NCBI GenBank assembly: GCA_013265495.1
Contig: MU058000.1
Location: 2,852,001-2,916,000, forward strand
Reading direction: 5' to 3'
Length of the DNA stretch: 64,000 bases
From: Vicugna vicugna
Taxonomy: Eukaryota
Positions within the stretch are counted from its first letter, which is position 1, and each line of letters begins with the position of its first letter. This document shows positions 50,934-63,683 of the stretch, in pieces. Both the position numbers and the translations under genes were made by a program. The notes below the pieces were generated by a model, which saw nothing but the letters and a program-made list of their open reading frames with translations, had not been told where the DNA came from and did not search any database.

Positions 50934-52069
50934 GCAATTTCTCTTTGTCTGAACTTTATCTCATTCAAAGAACAAAATCTGTGGTGACTTAAGTTTTAAA
51001 AACAAGAAAAATTATCTTCTTTCCTCCTCAGGATTGCTTTTCTGAACCCTTATGACTTTCACAGAATTTGAGAATATGAGTCAAAATTCAAAACACCATT
51101 TCCTTGTGTTCATAACAGAGCTCCCACCGGAGGTGTCTGAGGCTTGACAGTGGGAAGTAACCCATTTATACTGTCAGCTTTATTGGGAAAAAAGTAAAAT
51201 GTCTTCCCTCAAAGAAGAGACTGTCTCTATTCACCATTGAAGATTCTTTATTCTTTATCCAAAGTCTTAAGTTCTAATGTGTCCTTTTATTTCTAGGCCT
51301 ATGAGAATATAGTTCTATCTATTAACTCCCTCTGAAATAAGCCAACTGCAGGTTATATGCAGCCAGCCATTAACCATGGAATTCCAAGGCACAAGCTACG
51401 CAGTGAGAAAATTACAGGTGTTCAGTGTAGATAAAAATTCAATCCCAGGGGCTTCTCTCTCTACCTCCTGGAGAAACAGGTTGTTTTTCTAATTCAAAAT
51501 TGTTTCTAAATCTGGCATAGGTCGGATTGTTGCCAAACATTCAAAAAATGTTTCAAGTAACGTTGTGAGAAAAACTTTTTAAGTACAAAAGATAAAAGTG
51601 AAAATCTTCTCTTCATCCTTTCCTAAGGGAGTAATTATTAATGGTTTGGCATGAGGAATCACAGACTTCTTTCTAGTCGCACATGGATGGACAGATTGAC
51701 AGTTACTCACAGAGTGACAACACATAGTGCTCAGAATCCTGATACAGTTGAGGGAGGGGTGAAGTGAGGAGCTGAAAACTCTGGATTTAGAGAAAATCAC
51801 TAATCTGAAAGGTGGAACTAAAAGCTCTTGCCCCACCTGCATTTGGAACAAGCTTCTTAGAAGACTGAAGATCATATGAGAATCTAAAAGACCCAAGAGA
51901 AAACATTTGCATATAGGTGTTGTCATCTGGGGAGTCTGCCAATGAAAAATGAGCTCCACTGCTCAAATTTGCTCTTAAATCTAGGAAACAACTTTGCCTA
52001 TGACCAGTGAGATTCCAATCCATTTACACTGATTTATTTCTAATTATGAACATCATGTATCACAACATT

Positions 52070-52620
52070 TAAGGAAACCCTTCATGAAAAAGTTAAAATA
52101 GAGAAAAGAAATTTGAAAGAAATAAATACAGGAGAAAACATACAGTCAACAGAATTATAATTTCAGAGACTAATAAGGATAATTTATCTATTTTTATTGG
52201 TGTATAGTCAGTTTACAATGTTGTGTTGATTTATTTTTTAAAAACAAATTACAGAATATTATATAAAAGGATCAGGGGGAAAGAAACAGGATGCAAATTT
52301 TTTTGTGACAGCAAAAATAAATAAAAATTCTATGGAGATATTGAAACACAATTTAGAAAATCTCCAGGCAGGTAGAGAGAAAAAAGCAAAAGATTAAGAA
52401 AAAATTGAGAAGACAAAGACTACTCCAGCATATCTCCATATCTAACTAATATAATTTTTAAAGATAAAAATGAAAATAAAATTTTTTAAATATCAAAAAT
52501 AATGCAGAATATTTCCTAGAACTGAAGGCATGGGTTTCTAAATTATAGGTCATCATAGTGCCCAGCACAGCAAATAAGATACATGCACACAAACACTCAG
52601 CAATTTAATCGTTGACAAAA
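52070..52620 (+). mobile_element. Ancient L1 ORF1 remnant, continuing at ~53930-54250
   Basis: A-rich; AATAATGCAGAATATTTCCTAGAACTGAAG (IIxENFPEL-like); the continuation has GCAGATTTATCAAAGGCAACTCTA...AATGGAGTGATGTCTTCAAA...TATCCTAGAATTT (ADFS/WxxIFK/PRI-like). Confidence 0.65.
52183..52228 (-). mobile_element. Very short L1 3' tail
   Basis: TTTTATTGGTGTATAGTCAGTTTACAATGTTGTGTTGATT, antisense of the tail type at 31670-31700. Confidence 0.75.
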
Positions 52621-52633
52621 TCAGAAGATCAGA

Positions 52634-53097
52634 TGTGGCAGGTAGTCTCCAAACATAGTCCTCCATTGACCCATACCTACTGGTACCCACATTGAGAGTC
52701 AATATCCTACCATTCAGTCTAGTCCTGTAACAAAGAGAATGTGGCAAATATATTGAGGGACTTACAAGGCTAGATTACACACACACAAAAAAAAATCTAG
52801 GGTCTGTCTTAGGACACTTCTTCCAGAATCAGTTGCCCTGAAATGAAATGTTCATGGCACTTGTAGAAGACACTCTAGCAGACAGCCCCAGCTTATCTTC
52901 TCGCTGGTAATCAGCACCAACTGCAACACACACAAATGAGCCTTCTTGGACATTCTGCCCAATGAAACTTTCAGGTGGTCTAATCTGCAATCACTATCTG
53001 ACCATAACTTCATAAGGGATGCCAGGCAGTTTCAGTCAACCCACAGGACCATGAAGGATAACAATAAATTGCTGGTTTAAGGCACTGAATTGGGGAT
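52634..53097 (+). mobile_element. MaLR LTR (MLT1G-like); final ~35 bp at ~53888-53925
   Basis: AGACAGCCCCAGC...CAGCACCAACTGC...TGAGCCTTCTTGGACATTC...CAGTCAACCCACAGGACCATGA...AATAAATTGCTGGTTTAAGGCACTGA. Confidence 0.75.
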
Positions 53098-53887
53098 GTA
53101 TTTTGGATTCCTGTGTCAGTTCCAATGTGGGGCTTCCCATTGACACCAACCAATTCTTGGACACTAAGAATTTAACTCAGTTCTGACACTCCTAAAGGTA
53201 GCGTCAGATTCACAGGTGGATATTCCTATAAGATTCCTCCCCCTTCAGATGCCAGTCCAGGTTGTTACTTGTGTTTCTGAACAACCAGCTAAAAATTGAA
53301 AGGGCCAGGGACCCCTCCAGCTCAGAATGCAAGTCCACATTGTTACCTGTACTTCTGACCAACTAGCTATAAATTACAGATTCCTATGACCTCTTCTTTG
53401 GGTTTGATTAATTTTCTAGAGAGGCTCACAAAACTCAGAGGACATTTTACTTACTAAAGCACAGGTTTATTATAAAAGAATACAATTAAGGAACAACCAG
53501 ACAGAAGATTCACAGGGCAAGTTATGTTCTCTTCAGGTGCATCACTCTCTCCAAATCTCCATGTGTTCACCAATCCAGAAATTCTCCAAACCCAGTCCTG
53601 TAGGATTTTTATGGAGGCTTCATTACATAGGCACCATTGATTAAATCATTGGCCATTGGTGACTGAGTCAATCTCTAATCTCCTTCCCTTCCCTAGAGGT
53701 CAGTTACTGGAAATAAAAAAGTTCCAACTCTCTAATAACAGCCCTCAGCTTTAGATGACCTAGGGACATTTGAAAGGTCACTTCATTAAGATAACAAAAT
53801 ACATCTTTATGGGTCTCATCACTTAGGTAATTCCATGGGTTATAGGAGGAGCTATATATATGTCTTACTATAACTCACAGTAACACA
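53098..53887 (-). mobile_element. ERVL LTR, MER21-like, nested in the MLT1
   Basis: ACTTCTGACCAACTAGCTATAAAT...GGCTCACAAAACTCAG...TTTATGGAGGCTTCATTACATAGGCA..ATTGATTAAATCATTGGCCATTGGTGA...GTTCCAACTCTCTAAT. Confidence 0.8.
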
Positions 53888-55004
53888 AGATGATTGCTTA
53901 TTGCAACAATATATAGTTGAAATGCCAGAATACACTAAATATTTTGAGGGGAAAAAAAAAGGAAAGAAAGGAGAAAACAATAGCCAGCAAACAAACACAG
54001 GACACTTAGAAAAGCATTGAGACTGTTGGGAACCAGAAGAGCAGCAGATTTATCAAAGGCAACTCTAAAGCAAAAAGGTAATGGAGTGATGTCTTCAAAC
54101 TTCTTTGAAAAAATTATTTTTATCCTAGAATTTCATGTCACTTAAACTCGTAACAAATGTGAAGGTTAAAGACAATATACAAGTTCTGCTTTAGACATAC
54201 AAAGCCTCAAATTACTCACTTCTCAAACATGGCCATTATCAAAGAAAGATTTAATTAAAGGATGCAGGAAGAAAACGAACACAATCAGGACACCACATAT
54301 AAGTGGTTCTAACACCAAGACACTGTAGCAGACCTATAGTATCGCCAAAGCCAACAGAATCAGGAAATAAAGGGCATCGGGTGTAAGATCTATAGAAAGC
54401 AACTCATGGATAACCTGGAACTTAAGAGCTTTTAGAAAAGAGCTCTGATGAGTTTATGACAGAGATGTTGGGCTACTTTGGCATAACTAGTAATAAATTC
54501 ACAGAAAGAAATATTTATGCCCTATTAGGTTTTAAATACTGACTTCTGTTTCAAAAAGATTTGTGATATAAATGTATATGAAAGAGAATAAAAGAGATAT
54601 TGGTGGTGGAGATGGAACAAGAGAGTTAAATACAATCATTTATCTATTGACAGAAAGCCAGTAACACCTACAGCTGACCAACCCACACAGAAAAATATAA
54701 GACTGGAATTTGCAACTCAGAAGTAAAGAAGGGGAGAAACATTAACAAAGATGAAAGTGAATGCCTCGTGCCTTTGGGGGATCCAAGTAAGTCGTGATGA
54801 GGAAACAGACAGGTTCTGCTGTTTTGTTATAAAATGTTTAATATTAATTGACTTTATTAACTATGTGCAATTTTTATTAAAGCCACTAATAAAATGCCCA
54901 GAAGAAAAATCTTTAAAAGTAAACATTTTTGCAGTGACTTATGCTACAAATGTAAATGAATATTCAAACGTAAAAGCTAATAACTCAAGGAAAGGAGTGA
55001 GAGA

Positions 55005-55200
55005 GAGTTCTTCTCCACATATCACAAGGACAATAGATCCCATCAAATGTTTTAATATTTGCCCAACTGATAGGTAGAAAATAGGAACCAAATGTTAACT
55101 TAATTCACATTAGTTCCATCATTACTGAGTCTGGACATCTTTTCTGATGTTTACTGGCATGTTGTCACCAGGAAATTTCTTGTTAATTTAATCTTCCCAC
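55005..55200 (-). mobile_element. Ancient L1 fragment
   Basis: TTCTCCACATATCAC...TTTAATATTTGCCCAACTGATAGGTAGAAAATAG...TGGACATCTTTTCTGATGTTTACTGGC. Confidence 0.6.
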
Positions 55201-55734
55201 TTTCTATGGAATCACTTATATTTGGGGGGCACACATGTGAGTACAGGTGTACGTTTTGCATCAGTTCTCACAGCTTCCTATCCTGCCTGGGTTTTTCTTC
55301 CTCAACAAATATATAAAAATCCCACTCTTAACTAAATGTTGTATTTTTCTATCTTTTTGACTAAGCCCTCATTATTTCTCTCTATTTTTGTTTCTTTTCT
55401 TCCAGCTACCCAAAAGGCAAATATTTGGTTGTAGTACTGGCAGAATGGCTCAGACACAGCTGAATTGCATAGTGTCCATAAGAAAAATTACACACAAGAC
55501 AAATTCACACAAAAACGTTCATAAGATGAGTCTGCAGATAGCTCTGTTGCCACTCTCCTGTTGGTCGTCCCATCTCTATGCGATTCTCTTTTCCCCTGCT
55601 TGGTAGGCACAGGGGAAGACAAATGAATCCATACTGTAGGAGGACATAAAACAGAGGAATGAACTATCATCCTTTCACTCTTTTTAATCAACATTATTTC
55701 AGCAAGTAATTTTCTTAGAATGCCACATTTGCTT

Positions 55735-56022
55735 GCTATTAAATTAAAAGTGTGTACATGTAAGGCATACAGCAACGTGATGATAGGATATGCATGTACA
55801 GTGTGCAATGATGACTGCAGATAAGCGTAGCAACATATCCATCACCTCACATAGTTACCTTTTTTATGTATGTGGTGAACACACTTAAGATCTACTCTCT
55901 TAGCAAATTTCGAGTATGCAGTACAACATTAGTAACTAAAGGCAGCATAGAGTACATTGACCCTCTAGAGCTTATTAAAAGTCATTGAAACTCTGTATCC
56001 TTTAACCAACATCTCCCACATT
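55735..56022 (-). mobile_element. L1MA-like 3' end (L1MA9-like)
   Basis: AACATATCCATCACCTCACATAGTTACCTTTTTT...GTGGTGAACACACTTAAGATCTACTCTCTTAGCAAATTTCGAGTAT...TGAAACTCTGTATCCTTTAACCAACATCTCCC. Confidence 0.85.
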
Positions 56023-56439
56023 TGGCTTTGAGATGCAAGGATTACCCTTCCTATCTCTGTGCAGGGGAGAAGGAAAAAAATCTCTCAAAGAGACATGGTG
56101 CTCCACTTAGAGGCAAGTGTTCGATGATTCTCTACTTCTCCCTTTGCTAAGGTTCCTGTCACATAAACCCAGGTAGGAATGTGCAGGTTGGCAGTGGCGG
56201 GGAGGAGTGGTGGTGATGATAGTGGTCAGTTGGTATCAAGTCACTGTATGTGACTTATGTACTCCCAAATGTCAGACTGCTTTAAGAACAATGAATTTAG
56301 TTCTGTTTGTCACTACCATTGGTCCTTATCTTGAGACTGTAAGGCAAGAAGACAAGTTCCATTTAATATCCTGTTGAATTAATTTCTTAAGTGTGCAAAT
56401 TGAAGATTAAAATGTGTAAATACCTTCCAACCAAGGATA

Positions 56440-56925
56440 TTGCCTTGGTTCAGTACCCTCTCCAAATAGACCCTAAAATAAGAATTTGGGTGTAGGTACT
56501 TTACTTAGAGGTCACTTCAGGAAGCCCAATGAGGAGAGCATGAATCAGCAAAGTCAAAATACGAAATGTTCATTATGTGACCTATTGCTGTGAGCTCACA
56601 CCCACTGGAGACCCTCTACAGACTCAACAGCATGCATCTCAACCTTGTCCCACTGAGGGACAGGGACAGGGAGGCTGGCATGCTCACCTTTACACCATTC
56701 CCCACTCCTTGTTAGACCAGAATAGACCCCAGGAGCATTAAATTGCAACCTTATAAGGTTGCCTTTCCCACGTGTTTAGCACGCTTCCAAGCTACCAGAG
56801 AACAAAAGGTCACTGATGTCTGAAAAACAAGCTCTTAGATTTCTACAAACTCCCCACCCCACCTGCTGGTGAACTTAGAGACGAACTGAGTTCCTGCATG
56901 AAATCTCAACATCAGCTGTGGTACA
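56440..56925 (-). mobile_element. ERVL LTR, LTR33-like
   Basis: CAAATAGACCCTAAAATAAGAATTTGGGTGTAGGTACTTTACTTAGAGGT..CTTCAGGAAGC...CCCACTGGAGACCCTCT...GGGAGGCTGG. Confidence 0.6.
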
Positions 56926-59899
56926 ACAGCCGCCCTGCAGCTAGGCTTCCTGATTCCAAATTCAGTCGTCTGTATGCTTCTGATCATCTATCTTTCATTA
57001 CAGGAGAAAGATGGGTGGTTTCCATGGAAACCTCAGAGACACAACAATTCAAAAGAATTTCAGTCTTCCAAGCCTTTTATTTTTACTTTTAGTTATCTTT
57101 TTAGCTATTTAAATTTGACTAGTGTGCATCTAACTACTGAAAGTCTTGAGTGGAAGGAAATGAAATAAAATATTTTTGTGTTTAAATTATCTTGCATCTG
57201 TGGACAAGAAGAGAGATTTAATAGGTTGTCTTATGTTCCAATTCAACTACTCAAATGGATAAGGATTACTGTTAAATTGTTTCAATATAGGACAAGATAG
57301 TTACATTGCAATAAGATCATAGTTTTAGGCTACTATCTAGCAGGAAAAATCTTGGAGAAATTCTGGCCATTGAAAGAAGCATCTTGGATACCCCATACCT
57401 GAAAGCATCTCTCTCTCTCTACTTATTGTCATATAAGTACATAGCTTGGAAAATGTATTTGACAAATGAGCAAACGTAGCCCATAGACAGTATATCTCAT
57501 GATAACTGTAGAATATTCTTTGGACCTAAAACTAGAGGGAGCGTTAACCAAGTTTTGTGCCACATATTTCTACTAGAGAATTGTCCTGGCCTTCTGTAAC
57601 AGCCAAGAAAATTGCAAAAATAAGAAATGGATAAACTGGGAGTAAGTACAGGAAGAGGAAAGAAATAATAACAATGTTGGAAAGAAATGGAGAGACTCTT
57701 GTCTGAATATCTAAAGCATTCAAAGACAATTTAGGATAACTGAAGTGTTTGTGATGAAGATGCCTGGAAGAGAAGAGATGGGAGAGAGAACAATAGCAGG
57801 GAGCAGTAGGAGAACTTCTTGCCTAAGGTCCCCCTGTCTGCAAACATGGAGAAACCTCTTGTTACGCAGACTCCCTTAGATTGGGCTGTTTGGGCTATTG
57901 ATCTTTTGTAAGTAATCTACAAAATGAATTTAATTCATTGGCACATATTTTCTGTTAATTGTAACTTCTCAAAAGTTGTCTGCGTTCTTAAGAGGCTATT
58001 GGGAATCTAAGTTGCTCGATGTCTCATAATTTCTAAGATGTGCCTACTTAGGACTAAGTGAAGGAATGGACACTAAACAGTGAAAAGGGTCCTTACGGTG
58101 CTCAGACAATGGGGAAGAGAGTCTTAGACTATTAAGCAGAGGGGAGTCTATGACCCAAACGAAAGAAGAAGTGGGGAGACTGGCTTTGGCAGTAGATACG
58201 GGCAGTAAGTCTAGCCTCATGGTTTTCAGCAGGACATCTGAGCTGGAGCTGCAAACTGGAACATGGGTGGGAGCTTACTCAAACCCAGCACAGCAATAAA
58301 ATAAGCAAAAGGAGCCAGCTGACTCAGAAGATAAATAAAGAAGAAAAAACTGAATTGTGAGCCAAAACAAGAGGCAACTTCAAAGGAGAACAACTTTTTT
58401 TTTGTCATTGAGGTAAAGAGACAGGGAGCTTGACAATGGACACTCTTAGATGGATTAAACAGGGGTATTCTTTAATATCTTAATTCATTTACTCACTCAA
58501 TATGCATTAAATGAGCAAATACTATGTGAAAATTCTGGATCAGTCAGATCCCAAAGCAGAAGAATCTCCAAGATATGTTTTAAGTAATGTATAGATTTAA
58601 CATTGGTTTCATTTCTATATTTACTGATGCTGTATGGTTTATACCATGATAAATCTTCATGTATGTAAAACAAAATAATTGTGTTTACTCAAATATATTG
58701 ACCTAAGAGAGTATTACTATAAATAACTAATTTCTAATAGTGACTGAGAGATAAAAAAAGAGAGTAATCCACACTTGAAGTCTAAAATGATGTGTAAAAA
58801 ACACTTTTACTCTGCTAAAATAATGGGAATAAAAAAAATTCCAATGTCAATTTCTGATTTAATGACTTTATTATGAAATTAATTTCATATTTGAAACAAA
58901 TTCATAGCAAAGAATCCCTTAATTCTTTCTCCTGAACCAAAACCCCAATGTCCAAGAGACGCAATGATGACCTTTCTCTCTGGGACTCATGTCTGAATGA
59001 GCTTTGACAGCCATGGAGTGAGCAGTGTGGATGCAAGTTTCCAAGTCTCCATTCATTTCAAAGTGAACTCAGTAGACCATAGAGAATAAAAAGAAAACTC
59101 GGTTGTTTGTGAATAATTCCACCTAGGACAATTTCCAGTGTCTGACACTGGGTTTGGGAACACTCGAACATCAGATCTAACTAATAGATCTTAGCAACCA
59201 GCAGCTGGAAAGCTCCAAAGCCCTACTTTGACTTTAAAAAAAAATTATCTACCACACTAAAATAAATGCTAAAGAATTATGTTCTCGCTGGGAAAAGTGA
59301 AACAAAACAATTTCAAATAAAATATGAAGACACCTTTGCTTAAAATCTTCCTGAAGGTCCTTTCCTGCTTCCGTAGAACATGATTAAGAGCTTCAGTCAG
59401 TGTTTTGATGGATTAGCTTAATCCAGGCAGGTCCTATTCCCCCAACAGGCCACCCTTGAGTGGTTACATAAACTCATATTTAAATCAATAGAAGCTTGAG
59501 TTGTTTGTATTGGAGATATTTGTTCTTGGAATTGGGTACTTATTTGCCTGGGAGATTTCTAAAGGATCGTATCTTAGTGGGAGGTAGAAATGGTTTATTG
59601 TCCTGCCAGTGACTGGAAACCTGTGTGAAAATACAAACTTCTTGAGGCTGCTTTTCATTGAGTGTTTGGGGAAATGTTAAGTGGACAGGAACTGGTATTA
59701 TCATAACTCAGGAGCCAAAGAGGAACTCAGCAATTACAGATGTCTCTGTTTCAATGGAGAATTGACACACAATTTGAAAAAAAAAAAATCTTTAAAGTTA
59801 TCATGCCAGGTACAATGAATTCTATAAAGAAGTATAAACCAGTTCCCTGTCACCAAGACCTTACCATCTTTGTGACAAGAGAACACATGAAACAGACTA

Positions 59900-60640
59900 A
59901 TAAATAACAGGGAAAAACAGAATAACAAATAATTACATTGTGCAGCACATATTACAAATGCAGCCATACTGGAGAGAAAGAGGAATTCTTACAGGTTCAG
60001 ATATAGAAGAAACATCTTCAGGTATCAGTGGAGCCTCAACAGAAACTTTAAACGATAAACAGAATCAGATTGGCACAAAAGAGTGCGGTGGCCAGCAGGG
60101 TTTCAAGGGAGTGTGAGAGAAACGGCAGAGAGGTGGAAGGAGCCAGGTGCAGGAAGGAACTGTTGGTTCAGAGAAGTGAAGGCTAAACTTGACCAGCTGG
60201 GTTGGCTAGTTTGCAGGATCTTCAAAGCCAGACTGAATAATCAATCCATAATCCTTGGTCGTGAAGAATTCTTTTACATTCTTGAGCAGGAAGGTGATGT
60301 TGAAATAAGGTATATGTGCCTGTGTGTATGTAATACATATGTACCATATGCATATATGTATATTTGTCTTTTTACTATACCTACATATACTATATATGTG
60401 ACATATAATGTATACATACATATAGTATAGATATATTTATGGTATATATCTAACTATATAGAAAGGAAGGAAGAGAGGAAGGGAAAGAGGGATGACAAGA
60501 AAGAAGGAAGAAAAATGGAAAATCTTGGAGCAGTCATCAAGCTGAACTAGAAGGAAAAGTGACTGAAGTCAGATAAATTTAAAAGCTTTTAAAATAATTC
60601 AGTCAAGGGTTTGATGAGAACCTAATCTAAGATAGTGGCA
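59900..60640 (-). mobile_element. LINE-2 remnant, split by a TA-rich low-complexity tract (60310-60460)
   Basis: Purine-rich antisense L2-like sequence (GGCACAAAAGAGTG...GCAGAGAGGTGGAAGG...TTGAGCAGGAAGGTGATGT; ATAATTCAGTCAAGGG..GATGAGAACCTAATCTAAGATAGTGGCAGT). Confidence 0.6.
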
Positions 60641-60989
60641 GTAAAGACACCTCCACAAAGTGGCTCTTTAGGCCACTTTGCTTAAATGAAGATAGTGTGT
60701 GAGGGAAATGAATGAGGAAAGAAAAATACAGTATTTTAATTCTGTGTGTGTATATATATATATACACATTTACTGAATGCATGAATAATAATGTTGTATA
60801 CTGTTGACAAAAAGCTGATTTGTAGAGAAATGTGGTGCTTTCCTTTTCATCTTGTGGAATCAGGCACATTGAGAGCCCATAATAGTGTGGTCATCACACT
60901 TACTACTCTCTGAGGATTACCTAGAACCGAAGGTAAACATCAACTTTCAGTAAAATTAGATATTATCTTTGCAATTTAAAAAATAAAAT

Positions 60990-61400
60990 ATTGTTAATTT
61001 TTAAAATTTTGAAATAATTTTAGACTAACATTAAGTTATAAAAATAGTACAAAGAGTTCCCTGATATCCTTCACTCAGATTCTCCCAGTGATAGCATCTA
61101 ACATAATCACGGTGCAATGATCAAAATCAAGAAGGTGACATTAGTGTAACACTATTAACAAAACAGTTTCCCTATTTGGATTTTCACCAGGTTTAACATG
61201 TACTCATTCTTTTGGTGTATATTTTCATAATTTTTATTATATGTGTAGTATTGTACAACCACCATCAAAATCAGGAAGCAGATCTGTTCCAATATGCCAA
61301 AGAAACTCTATCATGTTACCCCTTTATAAGATCATTCTCTCCCCCAACCCTAACCCTTGGCAACAACTAATCTGTTCTCTATCATTGTCATTTAGAGATC
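60990..61400 (-). mobile_element. Old L1 3' end (L1MC/MD-like)
   Basis: TTTGAAATAATTTTAGACT...AAAAATAGTACAAAGAGTTCCC..TATCCTTCACTCAGATTCTCC...CCCTAACCCTTGGCAACAACTAATCTGTTCTC. Confidence 0.8.
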
Positions 61401-62129
61401 ATTTCCACTGTGTATTAGAGGGAAAAAAAATAGAAACAGTAAGTTGCACATTACAAGAAGAAATCTGGAGTGGCAATATTCTTTGAGCTATACCCTAGTC
61501 CCAAGACCACACAGGATCAAAAGGATTATTTTTATGCACTGTCCTTGATTAACTTTGGCAAGTAGTGCTTCTAATAATTTTGTCATAAACAAGGATCTTA
61601 GACTTCTGCTCTTGGTTATGAGATCACAAATCTAGTGTATTTAATTATCAATCAATATACATTGAGCCATATACGTAGGGATGTGTGCATGTGTATGTAT
61701 ATGTTTATCCTTTTGTTTCTTAATAAAAATTGGAATACACAGAATATACTATATACACAGTTATAAATATCTCTGATGGATTTTTCTAACTTCCCCTCCA
61801 CTTTCCTAGTTGGTGAGATTGAAAAGCTAAAGTCTACATTTTGCACAGTCTCTTGTTCTTAAGTCTTAGCATACCAATCAGGTTTCATTAATTATATGCA
61901 CGTATAGGAAATTCTAAGACAAAAGTGAATTTGGAATTTTTCTTCCTGTTGTTATTTCAACTTGCAGGTGAGGTTTTGAGACACAAGTGCTTGGAGTCAG
62001 ATGCTGCAACAAGACCCAACATTTTAGATTTAACTGTGAGCTTCATGATCACATAGCCAGTGTTGGTGGCCGTAGTGGTAGGCGGTAATGGCTTCCTGCC
62101 CTCTTGTTTTCCTATCTGAGGTTTATGAA

Positions 62130-62850
62130 CTGTATCTTATTTTTATTTTTTCACTTTCCTATTTATAGATGATGTTCAGAACCCTTTCCTATTTGACTTG
62201 CCACTTGGTTTTACACTTTTGTGAACTGCCTGCTCTTCTCTAATGTTTTCTTGTCCTTATATTTTAGTGGCTTTTTATATGTTCTGCATATAAATATGCA
62301 AATATATATTGAGCATCTAATTCCAAAATTTATTATTATTTTAGTCAAATTTATTAGATTTATTTTTGTATTTCTATGCAGTAAACTTTTCTTCTCCATC
62401 ATAAAGATATTATTCTGTTTTCTTCTAATACATTTAAAGTTTTACTTTCCACATTTATTTCATTCAGTACAACTAAGATTTATGTTGTGTATGGTGTGAG
62501 ATAATCAGATTATTTTCCTTTTTCATATGGAGAATCAATTGCCTCAACATCATTTAATCAATCAAAAAAATCATTTTTCCTCAATAATTCATAACATTAA
62601 TTGTTAAATATTCCGACTTTTTCTATATGTGGTTCTACTTCTCATCCTTGTTCAACTAACTTATTTGTGATTTTGAGCTCCAATACACCTCTTTTAAATT
62701 AGTATATATTTATAGTAAGTCTTGACAGCTGAAAGGAAAGGTCTCCTTCTCTTATTGCAATATCCTTAATTGCCTTTTTTCTCTTTTCCTGCTTTATCAT
62801 TTTGTTATACAAATTTTAAGATAGGCTTTTCCAAAATTTTCAGGGAAATA
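62130..62850 (-). mobile_element. Ancient L1 ORF2 remnant (antisense, T-rich)
   Basis: GATTTATGTTGTGTATGGTGTGAGATA...TTCATATGGAGAATCAATTGCCTCAACATCATTTA...TTTATAGTAAGTCTTGA. Confidence 0.7.
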
Positions 62851-63119
62851 TGTTAATTTTTTTCTCCTGTGTTTTTCCTGTTTATGAGAAAGAGTCCATT
62901 GTCTATGTTTCCTATTTTAATCTGTATTTTTTATGTTTTATTATTATTATTGTTCATGGGAATCTGGCAAAAATATATTTAACATTTTATGTATTTAAGT
63001 TCACCATATTTTTTGGTTTCTTTTTTAGTTTTTCTTTTATATCCATATTTTTGCTTTTAGAACCCATAGGATTTTCGTTCTCTTTTTTGGGGGATAATTA
63101 AATCTTCAATCCATCATTT

Positions 63120-63548
63120 ATATTTACTTCCAGTTTTACCAAGATATATATAGTTGACATACAGCACTGTATGTTTAAGGTGTACAGAATAACAACTAGA
63201 CTTATGTACATCATGATATGATTATCACAATGACTTCAGTGAACATACATGATCTCATCTTGATATAAAATTAAAAAAATTAAAAAAATATATTTTTCCT
63301 TGTGTTAAGAATTCTTAGGATTTACTCTCTTAACTGACACATGTGACATACAGCAGGGTTAATTATATTTACCATGTTCTACATCATGTCCCTTGTACTT
63401 AATTATCTTATAACTGGAAGTTTATACATTTTGACTGCCTTTGTCCAATTCCTGCTCCCACGACTATTCACATCTGGTAACTGCAAATCTGATCTCTTTT
63501 TCTATAAGTTTGTTTGTTTTTGAAATTTAATTGACTCACAACACTAGT
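63120..63548 (-). mobile_element. L1 3' end (laurasiatherian, L1MA9-related)
   Basis: TTGACATACAGCACTGTATGTTTAAGGTGTACAG...TTAGGATTTACTCTCTTAAC...TATCTTATAACTGGAAGTTT.TACATTTTGAC...TCTGGTAACTGCAAATCTGATCTCTTTTTCTATAAG. Confidence 0.85.
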
Positions 63549-63683
63549 TAGAAATGCAAACCTATAGACTCCAATGCATAGTTACTGAGTCAGAATCTCT
63601 CGGGGAAGGAGGAGGGAGGAATCAGTTTTAACAGGCACCCCTGGTGATTCTTACGAATACTCAGCTTGAGAAGCCCTGCTCTA
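63549..63683. mobile_element. hAT-Charlie MITE, MER5A/B-like
   Basis: TAGAAATGCAAA...TACTGAGTCAGAATCTCT.GGG...TTTTAACAGGCACCCCTGGTGATTCT...TTGAGAAGCCCTGCTCTA. Confidence 0.8.

Noticed and set aside
50695..50952. ORF with reverse transcriptase motifs
   Set aside because: Ordinary LINE-1 ORF2 fragment within a disrupted, truncated insertion; not a retron, DGR or domesticated gene.
53245..53400. Internal direct repeat (TTGTTAC.TGT..TTCTGA.CAAC.AGCTA.AAATT, twice)
   Set aside because: Lies inside the MER21-like LTR and is probably intrinsic to it; two copies only, not a CRISPR-like array.
56856..56872. CTCF-like CCAGCAGGTGGGG on the minus strand
   Set aside because: Lacks the strongly conserved C of the GGC core and lies inside a decayed LTR.
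59135..59151. Palindrome CCAGTGTC-T-GACACTGG; also TATGAAATTAATTTCATA (58872-58889) and 9-bp hairpins at 37470-37497 and 40686-40709
   Set aside because: Arms of 8-9 bp are expected a few times by chance in 64 kb of AT-rich DNA, and there is no supporting context.
62221..63101. Hydrophobic ORFs resembling membrane proteins
   Set aside because: T-rich antisense L1 and low-complexity sequence.
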